Below, in pieces: positions 47,594 to 56,042 of a stretch of DNA of 64,000 nt (position 1 is its first letter; each line of letters starts with the position of its first letter). The notes below the pieces were generated by a model. That model had not been told where the DNA came from, did no database searches, and saw nothing but the letters and a program-made list of their open reading frames with translations. The stretch comes from Paracoccaceae bacterium (GTDB taxonomy: Bacteria > Pseudomonadota > Alphaproteobacteria > Rhodobacterales > Rhodobacteraceae): NCBI GenBank assembly GCA_021648025.1, contig JAKITO010000016.1, forward strand, positions 164 to 64,163. The letters are read 5' to 3'. The translations under genes were made by a program, and so were the position numbers.

Positions 47594-48439
47594 ATGTTGA
47601 AGACATTCAGGACGACAGCGCTGGCCGCTATTGGTGGCGCGATGCTTTTCGTGACCGGGGCAGGGGCCGACCCATTAAGCGACCGGATCAACGCCGGAGA
47701 CCCGATCCGCCTTGGGTTCGCGACGGCCATTCCATGGGCCTATCCGGGGGATGGCGGCGAGCCGCTGGGTTTTGTCAACGCGCTGACACTGGTGGTTCTT
47801 GAGGAAATGGGCATCACCAATTACGAGGCTTCGGTGAACGAATGGGCCGGATTGATCCCGGGGCTGCAAGCCAATCGCTATGACATCATCACCGGTGGTA
47901 TGTACATTCTGAAAAGTCGCTGCGCGAACATCAACTTTTCCGACCCGATCGGGCTGTTTGGCGATGCGTTTCTGGTGCCGGCCGGCAACCCCAAGAATAT
48001 CCACACCTATCAGGACATCATCACAACCGGTGCCAAGCTGGTGACCGGGGCCGGGTTCAACACGGTTGAGGCGGCCAAGAAAGAAGGCGTGCCCGACAGC
48101 CAGATGATGCTGGTTGCCGGCGAGGTTGAAATTCTGGCGGCAATGAAGGCCGGACGGGCCGATGCCGCGGTCCAGACCTTTTTTGGCGCGATGGAACACG
48201 TGGACAAGACCGATGGCCAGTTCGAGGTGACAGACCCCAAGGATCTGCCGGTCTGGACCCAGAACTGGGTGGGAATAGGCATGCGCAAGGCCGACACTGA
48301 GTTCCTGGCGGCGTTCAATACGGCCATGGCCAAGGTGATTGGCGGCGAGGCATGGATGGCGGCAACCGCCCCCTATGGCTATACCAAATACCAGTTGCCG
48401 GCGGCGGATGCGTCCACCGAATTTGCCTGCACGCGCTAG
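47594..48439 (+). CDS. Polar amino-acid-type ABC substrate-binding protein (EhuB-like)
   Basis: 281 aa from ATG 47594, behind GAGGAGA. It has a signal peptide and a type-2 SBP fold. The resemblance to ectoine/hydroxyectoine EhuB is by eye. Confidence 0.7.
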   Translation: MLKTFRTTALAAIGGAMLFVTGAGADPLSDRINAGDPIRLGFATAIPWAYPGDGGEPLGFVNALTLVVLEEMGITNYEASVNEWAGLIPGLQANRYDIITGGMYILKSRCANINFSDPIGLFGDAFLVPAGNPKNIHTYQDIITTGAKLVTGAGFNTVEAAKKEGVPDSQMMLVAGEVEILAAMKAGRADAAVQTFFGAMEHVDKTDGQFEVTDPKDLPVWTQNWVGIGMRKADTEFLAAFNTAMAKVIGGEAWMAATAPYGYTKYQLPAADASTEFACTR

Positions 48440-48529
48440 GCGCGAATGACGATCCTCAGGCGGCGGCATTCCGCCGCCTGACACCACCTTTTTCGCCCCT
48501 TCCTGCACCCGTTTCGGAGACCCCCGCCC

Positions 48530-49204
48530 GTGTCCTATTTCGAGTTCATAGCCACCTATCTGCCCAAGCTGTTGCAGGGCACTGTGAACACCGGGCTGGT
48601 GATGCTGGGGGCCACCCTGTTGGCAATCTCGGTTTCGCTGGTGTTTGGGTTGATGCGGCTTTCGCGATCGCGCGTCAGCCAGGTTCTGGCCACGATCTAT
48701 ATTGAATTCTTTCGCGGCACCTCGCTGTTGGTTCAGCTTTATTGGGTCTATTATGTGCTGCCGCTGATGGGGGTGTCGTTCACGGCCATGACCTCGGGGA
48801 TACTGGCGCTGGGGCTGAATTTCGGCGCATATGGCGCCGAGATTTTTCGCGGCTCGGTGCAGGCCGTGCCACGGGCACAATGGGAGGCCGCGCTGGCGCT
48901 GAACATGTCGCCGATGTTGCGGATGCGGCGCATCATCATCCCGCAGACCTTCCCGATTTTGCTGCCGCCTGCCGCCAACCTGACCGTTGAATTGCTGAAG
49001 GCCACGGCACTGGTGGCGCTGATCTCGGTGGTGGACCTGATGTTCGTGGCCAAGCAGATCAACGCGACCACCTGGATGTCGGCGCAGGCTTTTGGCACCG
49101 CGTTGCTGGTGTATTACGCCATGGCACGCTTTGTTCTGACGCCTTTCCTGCGTTGGCTTGAGGTTCTTGCAGCACGCAAGATGGGCCAGGATCAAGGGAG
49201 CTGA
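48530..49204 (+). CDS. ABC transporter permease (EhuC-like)
   Basis: 224 aa from a GTG start. It has HisM/EhuC-type motifs ..EFFRGTSLLVQL.. and the EAA loop ..AALALNMSPMLRMRRIIIPQ... Confidence 0.8.
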   Translation: MSYFEFIATYLPKLLQGTVNTGLVMLGATLLAISVSLVFGLMRLSRSRVSQVLATIYIEFFRGTSLLVQLYWVYYVLPLMGVSFTAMTSGILALGLNFGAYGAEIFRGSVQAVPRAQWEAALALNMSPMLRMRRIIIPQTFPILLPPAANLTVELLKATALVALISVVDLMFVAKQINATTWMSAQAFGTALLVYYAMARFVLTPFLRWLEVLAARKMGQDQGS

Positions 49205-49207
49205 CAG

Positions 49208-49879
49208 ATGCAATGGCGTTGGGATTTCACCTTTGAGATATTGCCCCGGATGCTTTGGGCCACCGGCAACACCCTGCTGGCAGCACTGATCGGATATGCG
49301 ATCGCGCTGGTGGTCGGGCTGATTTTTCTGCTGTTGCAGCAAACCCGGTTTCGCCCGGTCAATATAATCACCCGCGAGATTGTCGAATTCATCCGCTCTA
49401 CGCCGCTACTGGTACAATTGTTCTTCGTCTATTTCGTGGCCCCGCAGTTCGGCCTGACCTTAAGTGCCTGGACCTCGGCGATGATCACCATCGGCCTGCA
49501 TTTCGGCACCTATATGTCCGAGGTCTATCGCGGTGGGCTGAATGCCGTGCCCAAAGGCCAGTGGGAGGCCTGCCGCGCCCTGAACATGGGCCCGGTCCGC
49601 ACCTATTTCCGGGTCATTCTTCCCCAGGCCCTGCCGGTGGCGTTGCCGGGCATGGGCAATTACCTGATCGGCATTTTCAAGGATACGCCAATGCTGGCCA
49701 CCATTGGCGTTGCCGAACTGATGCACACCGCCAATGCCCTGGGGGCCGAAACCTATCGCTATCTCGAACCCTACACCATGGTCGGGTTCATCTTCCTGAT
49801 GATTTCGCTGCCCACGGCGGCGGGACTTAGAAAACTTGAGGCCGCAGTGGCGCGCGCCCAGGGCAAAATTAAACGATAA
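49208..49879 (+). CDS. ABC transporter permease (EhuD-like)
   Basis: 223 aa with ..EFIRSTPLLVQLFF.. and ..EACRALNMGPVRTYFRVILPQ... Confidence 0.8.
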   Translation: MQWRWDFTFEILPRMLWATGNTLLAALIGYAIALVVGLIFLLLQQTRFRPVNIITREIVEFIRSTPLLVQLFFVYFVAPQFGLTLSAWTSAMITIGLHFGTYMSEVYRGGLNAVPKGQWEACRALNMGPVRTYFRVILPQALPVALPGMGNYLIGIFKDTPMLATIGVAELMHTANALGAETYRYLEPYTMVGFIFLMISLPTAAGLRKLEAAVARAQGKIKR

Positions 49880-49890
49880 GGCAGGGACAC

Positions 49891-50697
49891 ATGAACAACC
49901 GAACGCCCCCCACGCAAGCGGCTGATGGCCCTGTCGTGCGGTTCAGCAAGGTTACCAAAAGCTATGGTGATCTGACCGTGCTGGACAAGCTGGATCTGGA
50001 CATCGCGCAGAACGAAATGGTGTCGATCATCGGCCCCTCGGGGTCGGGGAAAACCACGGTTCTTCGGGTGCTGATGACGCTTGAGACGATCAACGACGGC
50101 GTCATTTATCTGGATGGCGCACCGCTGACCCATATGCCCAAAGGCGATGGGCTTGAGGTCGCCGACGAGAAATACCTGCGCCAACACCGATCCAAGATCG
50201 GCATGGTGTTTCAACAGTTCAACCTGTTTCCGCATATGACCTCGCTGGAAAACTGCGTCGAGGCGCCGATAAACGTGCTGGGAATGGCCCGGGACGAGGC
50301 CGAGGCACGGGCCATTGACCTGCTGGCCATGGTCGGGATGGAAGATAAGAAAGACCAGCACCCCTCGCGCCTGTCGGGTGGCCAGCAACAGCGCGTGGCG
50401 ATTGCCCGGGCACTGGCGATGCGCCCCAAGGTGATGCTGCTGGACGAGGTGACATCGGCGCTGGACCCCGAGGTGATCGGCGAGGTTCTGAATGTCATTC
50501 GTTCGCTGAATGATGAACATAACCTGACCATGCTGATGGTGACCCACCAGATGGGCTTTGCCCGCGAAATATCGGATCGGGTCTGTTTTTTCCATAGCGG
50601 AAAGATTGCCGAACAGGGCAGCCCGGATCAGTTATTCGGTGACCCGCAAAACGAACGCACCAAGCAGTTTTTACATGCAGTGCTTGATGCCAACTGA
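49891..50697 (+). CDS. ABC transporter ATP-binding protein (EhuA-like)
   Basis: 268 aa with Walker A GPSGSGKTT, signature LSGGQQQRVAIARA and Walker B MLLDE. Confidence 0.9.
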   Translation: MNNRTPPTQAADGPVVRFSKVTKSYGDLTVLDKLDLDIAQNEMVSIIGPSGSGKTTVLRVLMTLETINDGVIYLDGAPLTHMPKGDGLEVADEKYLRQHRSKIGMVFQQFNLFPHMTSLENCVEAPINVLGMARDEAEARAIDLLAMVGMEDKKDQHPSRLSGGQQQRVAIARALAMRPKVMLLDEVTSALDPEVIGEVLNVIRSLNDEHNLTMLMVTHQMGFAREISDRVCFFHSGKIAEQGSPDQLFGDPQNERTKQFLHAVLDAN

Positions 50698-50759
50698 ACT
50701 TTGCACCGACAAGGCTTTTTACGCCAAGTGCCTCCTGAAAAATAAAAGAAAGGTCAGCC

Positions 50760-52235
50760 ATGACGCCGGGACTTGAAAATACGATTGTCGACCAGACTGC
50801 TTATGCAGGCAATGTCGACCAATTGCACCATGCGGGCGTGGTCTTGCCGCGGATTTCCGATCTGGCCGACCCACCCGCGCGACTGGCAGATAAGTTGGCC
50901 CAGATCAGTGATGCCGACCCGGACGGCGCCGACGCGCGCAATCTTTTCCGCGTGCATTGGCATAATGGAGCAGATCGCCGCTCACTGGTGAATGTGCCTG
51001 GCCATGTGGTGCTGCCCGAGGCCCTGACCGGGGTGAAGGCCAGGATCGTCGTGGCCCTGGGCAACCGGTTTCCGATGATCAGCACCCACAAGGTTCTGGC
51101 CGCCTATGGCTGTCTGATCCCACGTCTTATGTCCGGCTCGTTCAGCGCCAAACGTCACCGCGCAGTGTGGCCGTCGACAGGAAATTATTGCCGTGGCGGG
51201 GTGGCGATTGCCACGCTGCTGGGCTGCCGGTCGGTGGCTGTGTTGCCCGAGGGCATGAGCAAAGAGCGCTTTGACTGGCTCAACAACTGGCTGGCGGATC
51301 CCAGGGATATTTTTCGCACACCCGGCACCGAAAGCAACGTCAAGGAAATCTATGACGCCTGTCATACGCTGGCCAAAGACCCGGAAAACCTGATTCTCAA
51401 TCAATTCGGTGAATTTGGTAACTATATCATTCACCGCGCGGTCACCGGCCCGGCGATGCAGCGCATTATTGAGCATGTTAACGCCAGCGGCACTCTTAAG
51501 CCGCGCGCCTTTGTTGCTGCCACCGGATCAGGCGGGACGTTGGCCGCTGGCGATCATTTGAAGCAGACGTTGGGGATGCAGGTCGGGGCCATTGAGGCAC
51601 TGGAATGCCCGACGCTGCTGTATAACGGATACGGAGAACATAATATTCAGGGTATCGGCGACAAACACGTGCCATTGATCCACAATGTCATGGGCACCGA
51701 TTTTGTGGTTGGGGTGTCGGACCGCGCCTGCGATGGTCTTAATCTGGTGTTTAACACCGGGGCCGGGCGCGCGTTTCTTTCTGGTCACAAGGGGTTGTCG
51801 CAGGAACAGATTGCCGGGCTGGGCGATTTTGGCCTGTCGTCGATTGCCAATATTCTGGGGGCGATCAAATACGCCAAATACATGGACCTGGGGGCGGACG
51901 ATATCGTGTTGACGGTCGCGACCGATGGCGCAAATATGTACGAAACCGAACTGTCGATTGCCGAAGCCAAGTATTATGGTGGACGCTTTAGCGAAGTTGA
52001 GGCCGCCGAGACCTTTGGCCAGCATATGCTGGGCATAGGCATTGACCATATGCAGGAACTGAGCCGATTTGATCGCGAGCGGATTTTCAACCTGGGCTAT
52101 TACACCTGGGTTGAACAGCAAGGCGTTTCCCTTGAGGATTTTGACCGCCGCCGCGATCAATCGTTCTGGGACGGGTTGATGGACCTTGTGCCGGTCTGGG
52201 ATGAAATGATTGACAGGTTTAACCAAGGTGCCTGA
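50760..52235 (+). CDS. PLP-dependent enzyme of the tryptophan-synthase-beta/cysteine-synthase fold, long form
   Basis: 491 aa. ..FPMISTHKVLAAY.. is a candidate PLP-lysine context and ..ATGSGGTLAAG.. a phosphate-binding loop. It also has a long C-terminal extension. Confidence 0.7.
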   Translation: MTPGLENTIVDQTAYAGNVDQLHHAGVVLPRISDLADPPARLADKLAQISDADPDGADARNLFRVHWHNGADRRSLVNVPGHVVLPEALTGVKARIVVALGNRFPMISTHKVLAAYGCLIPRLMSGSFSAKRHRAVWPSTGNYCRGGVAIATLLGCRSVAVLPEGMSKERFDWLNNWLADPRDIFRTPGTESNVKEIYDACHTLAKDPENLILNQFGEFGNYIIHRAVTGPAMQRIIEHVNASGTLKPRAFVAATGSGGTLAAGDHLKQTLGMQVGAIEALECPTLLYNGYGEHNIQGIGDKHVPLIHNVMGTDFVVGVSDRACDGLNLVFNTGAGRAFLSGHKGLSQEQIAGLGDFGLSSIANILGAIKYAKYMDLGADDIVLTVATDGANMYETELSIAEAKYYGGRFSEVEAAETFGQHMLGIGIDHMQELSRFDRERIFNLGYYTWVEQQGVSLEDFDRRRDQSFWDGLMDLVPVWDEMIDRFNQGA

Positions 52236-52269
52236 TGATCGGGCAGTTTTCTAAAGGGCCCGGACGATC

Positions 52270-54579
52270 ATGACACAGAATGATCCACTGACCAGCAGCC
52301 ACTGGGGCACCTACCGGGTTCAGGTTGAAAACGGTCGTGTCACCGGCCTGCGCGGATTTGAGGCCGACCCTGACCCGTCACCCATCGGCAACGGCATCAT
52401 TGATGTACTGGACGGGCCAACCCGGATTAAAACCCCAATGGTGCGCGAAAGTTGGCTAAGGCATGGGCCGGGAAGTGCAACGCACCTGCGCGGTGACGAC
52501 GCCTTTGTTGCGGTCAGCTGGGACAAGGCCGAAGCGCTGGTCGCGACCGAACTTGACCGCGTACGGGCCGAGTTTGGCAACCAAGCGATCTATGGCGGCT
52601 CTTATGGCTGGGGCAGTGCCGGACGGTTCCATCACGCGCAAAGCCAACTGCACCGGTTTCTCAACTGCATCGGCGGCTATACAAGGTCAGTCAACACCTA
52701 CAGCCACGCAGCGGGCGAAGTGATCCTACCGCATGTTCTGGGGGATTTCGCGGGGTTGATACATAAGCAGACCAGTTGGCAATCCATCATCGACACCACC
52801 CAATTACTGGTGGGTTTTGGCGGAGTTCCGACCCGCAATGCACAGATCAGTGCGGGCGGCACCGGGAGGCACCGCACCCGCGAGGCGTTGATGCAAGCCC
52901 GCGCTGCCGGGGTGGAGTTCGTCAATATCTCGCCCTTGCGCGGTGATATGGACGCCGGTTTGAAGGCCGACTGGCTGGCCCCGCGGCCCGGATCGGATGT
53001 CGCTGTGATGCTGGGACTGGCGCACACACTGCTGGTGGAAAACCTGCATGATCCTGTATTTTTACAGCGTTATGCCATCGGCTTTGACCGTTTCGCCGAC
53101 TATCTGACAGGAAAATCCGATGGGGTTGTGAAATCCGCAGAATGGGCGGCGGCGGTCTCGGGCCTGCCTGCCGCCACTATCCGGGATCTGGCACGGCGCA
53201 TGGCCCGTGCGCGCACCATAATTTCAATCAACTGGGCGCTGACTCGGCAAGAATATGGCGAACAACCGTTCTGGGCCGGGACCGCTCTGGCGGCTATGCT
53301 GGGCCAGATCGGCCTGCCCGGCGGCGGCATTGCCTATGGCTATGGGGCGGCGAATTCCATCGGGCTGGAAACCCACGACGTAAAATTCAGAGCACTTCCG
53401 CAAGGCAAGAACCCAGTTGCCGATTTCATCCCTGTGGCGCGGATCAGTGACATGCTCCTGAACCCTGGCAAAGCCTTTGACTATAATGGCCAAACCGCCA
53501 CCTACCCGGACATCAAACTGGTCTATTGGGCCGGGGGCAATCCGTTTCATCACCATCAGGATCTGGCACGCCTGAAACAGGCCTGGGAAACACCTGATAC
53601 CGTAATTGTCCATGAATGGTGCTGGAACGCGCTGGCCAAACATGCTGATATCGTGCTGCCCTGCACCACGTCGCTGGAGCGGCGCGACCTTATGTTGACC
53701 CCGCGCGACCCCTATATTGTTGCCATGCAGCAGGTAATTGCGCCCGCTGGGGACGCCCGCAATGATTTTGATATCTTCGCCGGAATTTGCAGCAAGATGG
53801 GGGTGGAACAGGATTTTACCGATGGGCGTAGTGCTGAGGAATGGTTGCGCTGGATATATGATCAAAGCCGCCAATCTGCCGCTGAAAACGGCGTAACGCT
53901 GCCGTCTTTGAAGGTGTTGCGGGACAAGGGCTGGCACCGGGTGGAACCTCCTGATCAGCCGCGTGTGATGTTGTCTGAGTTTCGCCGGGATCCCGCGGCC
54001 AACCCGCTGCGCACCCCCAGTGGCAAGATCGAAATATTCTCGCAAACCATCGCCGGGTTTGGCTATGCGGATTGCCCGGGTCATCCCACGTGGCAAGAAC
54101 CGGATGAATGGCTTGGCGCCACCGATAAAGAACACCCGTTGCACCTGATTTCCAATCAACCCAAACACAAACTGCATTCGCAACTTGATCATGGTGCGGT
54201 CAGTCGGGCCGCCAAGATCAATGGGCGTGAACCGGTGGTGATGCATCCTGAAAATGCGGCCAGCCGTGCTATATCTGCGGGCGATCTTGTGCGTGTGTTC
54301 AATGACCGCGGGGCCTGTTTGGCCGTGGCGGTTTTAAGCGATGACATTCGCATGGGCGTGGTACAGATCAGCACCGGGGCATGGTTGGACCCGGAATGGC
54401 TGGCGGACGGATCCTTGTTGTGCCGCCACGGCAATCCAAATGCTTTGACTCGTGACAAGGGCACGTCCAGCCTGGCGCAGGGACCGACTGCGCATTCTTG
54501 TCTGGTCGATGTTGAACGATACAAGGGGGTGCCGCCAACAGTCCGGGCCTTTGAACCACCAAGGATCTTGAGTGGCTGA
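52270..54579 (+). CDS. Cytoplasmic molybdopterin-dependent S-/N-oxide reductase (BisC/TorZ-like, DMSO reductase family)
   Basis: 769 aa with no signal peptide: MTQNDPLTSSHWGTYRVQVENGRVTGLRGFEADPDPSPIG... The length and domain order match the family. Confidence 0.8.
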   Translation: MTQNDPLTSSHWGTYRVQVENGRVTGLRGFEADPDPSPIGNGIIDVLDGPTRIKTPMVRESWLRHGPGSATHLRGDDAFVAVSWDKAEALVATELDRVRAEFGNQAIYGGSYGWGSAGRFHHAQSQLHRFLNCIGGYTRSVNTYSHAAGEVILPHVLGDFAGLIHKQTSWQSIIDTTQLLVGFGGVPTRNAQISAGGTGRHRTREALMQARAAGVEFVNISPLRGDMDAGLKADWLAPRPGSDVAVMLGLAHTLLVENLHDPVFLQRYAIGFDRFADYLTGKSDGVVKSAEWAAAVSGLPAATIRDLARRMARARTIISINWALTRQEYGEQPFWAGTALAAMLGQIGLPGGGIAYGYGAANSIGLETHDVKFRALPQGKNPVADFIPVARISDMLLNPGKAFDYNGQTATYPDIKLVYWAGGNPFHHHQDLARLKQAWETPDTVIVHEWCWNALAKHADIVLPCTTSLERRDLMLTPRDPYIVAMQQVIAPAGDARNDFDIFAGICSKMGVEQDFTDGRSAEEWLRWIYDQSRQSAAENGVTLPSLKVLRDKGWHRVEPPDQPRVMLSEFRRDPAANPLRTPSGKIEIFSQTIAGFGYADCPGHPTWQEPDEWLGATDKEHPLHLISNQPKHKLHSQLDHGAVSRAAKINGREPVVMHPENAASRAISAGDLVRVFNDRGACLAVAVLSDDIRMGVVQISTGAWLDPEWLADGSLLCRHGNPNALTRDKGTSSLAQGPTAHSCLVDVERYKGVPPTVRAFEPPRILSG

Positions 54580-54670
54580 TTTTCACCAACGTCTGACGTC
54601 TTTATGTCACGACCTTCACCGCCACCCTGAACTGGGTTTACCTGAAGCGGTCATTACTGCACTACGCGGC
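54572..54670 (+). pseudogene. Possible 5' stub of an M20-family amidohydrolase gene
   Basis: The GTG at 54572 overlaps the oxidoreductase stop (GTGGCTGA). The first ~25 residues ADFHQRLTSLCHDLHRHPELGLPE resemble the conserved N-terminus (..RR.LH..PEL..E) of M20 amidohydrolases. Similarity then vanishes, and the frame runs antisense into the next gene. Confidence 0.3.
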
Positions 54671-54811
54671 ACCTTTCACTGCCAGACGGCAGCTGAGGAA
54701 AACCCTTCTGCCACCCAGAAAACGTCAGAAAACAATCGGCTTTGGTTGGCTGACCAGCTCCGCATTTTTTGGGGCCATAGCGAAAAGAATGTCGGTAACT
54801 GGCAGCTAGGG

Positions 54812-55315
54812 TCAGGTGAATTGCGCCGGGCGTTTTACGTCGAACATACCCGAGGGCCCTTCAAGCCTGTCAATGAACTCAAAAAGCACCCGCAATTGCA
54901 GCTTTGTGCCGACCTTTAGGAAATTGTCCATCACACGCGGGTCCCAATAGCGGAACAGGACAGGTTGCGCTTGCGTCGGGATCTCGACATAGTTGTAACG
55001 GCGCAACGCGCGGCGCAAGGAAACGATATCGACTGTGGTCTCTATGAAGTAGCCCCAGGGCGCGTTGCCGTATTTTGTGTCGATGGCGGGTTCTAATTCA
55101 GGCACGCGTATCAACTCCACGATCCATGGTCCAACCGCGAGAACCTCCAAATCAAGCTTGGGCGACAAAAGCGGCTGAGCTTCCTCAGCCAGGCGGCCCA
55201 TGACGTGTTCACCCAACAGCGGGGCCTGTGCCAGATCGACCACTGCATAGCGAAATAGGATGGTCGAAAGGGCAGTCTCGATTCTTGGGCTTGTCAGTTT
55301 CTTACGGTTGGACAC
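54812..55315 (-). CDS. DUF4123-family protein (T6SS effector adaptor/chaperone type)
   Basis: 167 aa from a GTG start 11 nt after the upstream stop. It has the family hallmarks ..RYAVVDLAQAP.., ..VGPWIVEL.., ..APWGYFIET...SLRRALRR.. and ..VLFRYWDPRVMDNFL... Confidence 0.75.
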   Translation of the reverse strand: MSNRKKLTSPRIETALSTILFRYAVVDLAQAPLLGEHVMGRLAEEAQPLLSPKLDLEVLAVGPWIVELIRVPELEPAIDTKYGNAPWGYFIETTVDIVSLRRALRRYNYVEIPTQAQPVLFRYWDPRVMDNFLKVGTKLQLRVLFEFIDRLEGPSGMFDVKRPAQFT

Positions 55316-55326
55316 GGTACGATCGA

Positions 55327-55809
55327 CTATTTATTGCACTGCTTGACAAACGGCGCGCCGGACTTTGCCGCTGACAAAAGTGCTTCGACCTGTTTGGCCA
55401 CATCAATAGGTGGCGGCGGCTGGCTTGCGGGTGCTGGGTCTGGGCGCTCGCGAATTTTCATTCCACCTTGCCACGTTTTCTGTGGGCGGCGCTGTGGTGG
55501 AGGTGGTGCGGACGCCTTATCTTTGGATTTGCCGCCACCGCCACCGGCAGAACGACGCGCCTTCAGGAGCAGCTTGCCCTCTGCCATCAGCTTCGCCACG
55601 CCTTTCAACGCATCCCGGTCTTTGAACGCGCGGTCTTTCAATCGTTTGGGGCGCAGCTTGGTCCAGAGCTCAGTGAAATGCTCCATGTTCCTTTTGACCC
55701 TCGACGCCTCTTTTAAAAACGCAAAGGCGGAATCAGCATCTTTATACTCTTGCGGCGCCGCACCTAGGTGTTTGGCGTCAAGCAAAACAACGAGATTCGA
55801 CTGGTTCAC
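55327..55809 (-). CDS. Hypothetical protein (helical N-domain, Gly5/Pro-rich basic linker, short C-terminal module)
   Basis: 160 aa from a GTG start behind AGGA. The linker is ..RRSAGGGGGKSKDKASAPPPPQRRPQKTW...PDPAPASQPPPPID.. and the protein ends ..LLSAAKSGAPFVKQCNK. I recognise no family. Confidence 0.55.
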   Translation of the reverse strand: MNQSNLVVLLDAKHLGAAPQEYKDADSAFAFLKEASRVKRNMEHFTELWTKLRPKRLKDRAFKDRDALKGVAKLMAEGKLLLKARRSAGGGGGKSKDKASAPPPPQRRPQKTWQGGMKIRERPDPAPASQPPPPIDVAKQVEALLSAAKSGAPFVKQCNK

Positions 55810-56042
55810 GGCAAAATCCTAGTTAAAAAACACAATACACTGGGTCTATATCGACATCAAATAAAGCCGATCCTGTGCGAAAACTCAATAGTGATCAATG
55901 ACCAACAAGCCAAAGCACTAATCCAAAACTGTCTCTATTCAAACCGCGCGGCGCAGTTTAGGGTTATTTTCAGTTCGATAAGACGTATAAATCAGCCGTT
56001 TTACAGATTGTGTTGCGTCATCATTTTGAAACTGGAAGTCAG

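Noticed and set aside
47675-49342. The longest ORF in the track on this stretch (555 aa, minus strand).
   Set aside because: It is entirely antisense to the EhuB/EhuC-like genes. Its product is Q/R/H/G-rich low-complexity sequence with no motifs. It is a typical shadow ORF of high-GC coding DNA.
53224-54246. A 340-aa minus-strand ORF inside the molybdoenzyme gene. Similar long antisense or out-of-frame ORFs occur at 43845-44798, 45899-46768, 24300-25127, 20723-21547, 30191-31114, 32252-33073, 15663-16352 and 22355-22873.
   Set aside because: All of them lie inside well-supported genes on the other strand or in another frame. They are rich in R/G/P/H and show no recognisable domains or RBS-positioned starts.
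54572-54919. The 115-aa track ORF read as an intact gene.
   Set aside because: Only the first ~25 residues resemble anything (an M20 amidohydrolase N-terminus). The rest is antisense to the DUF4123 gene. It is treated as a possible gene stub, not a CDS.
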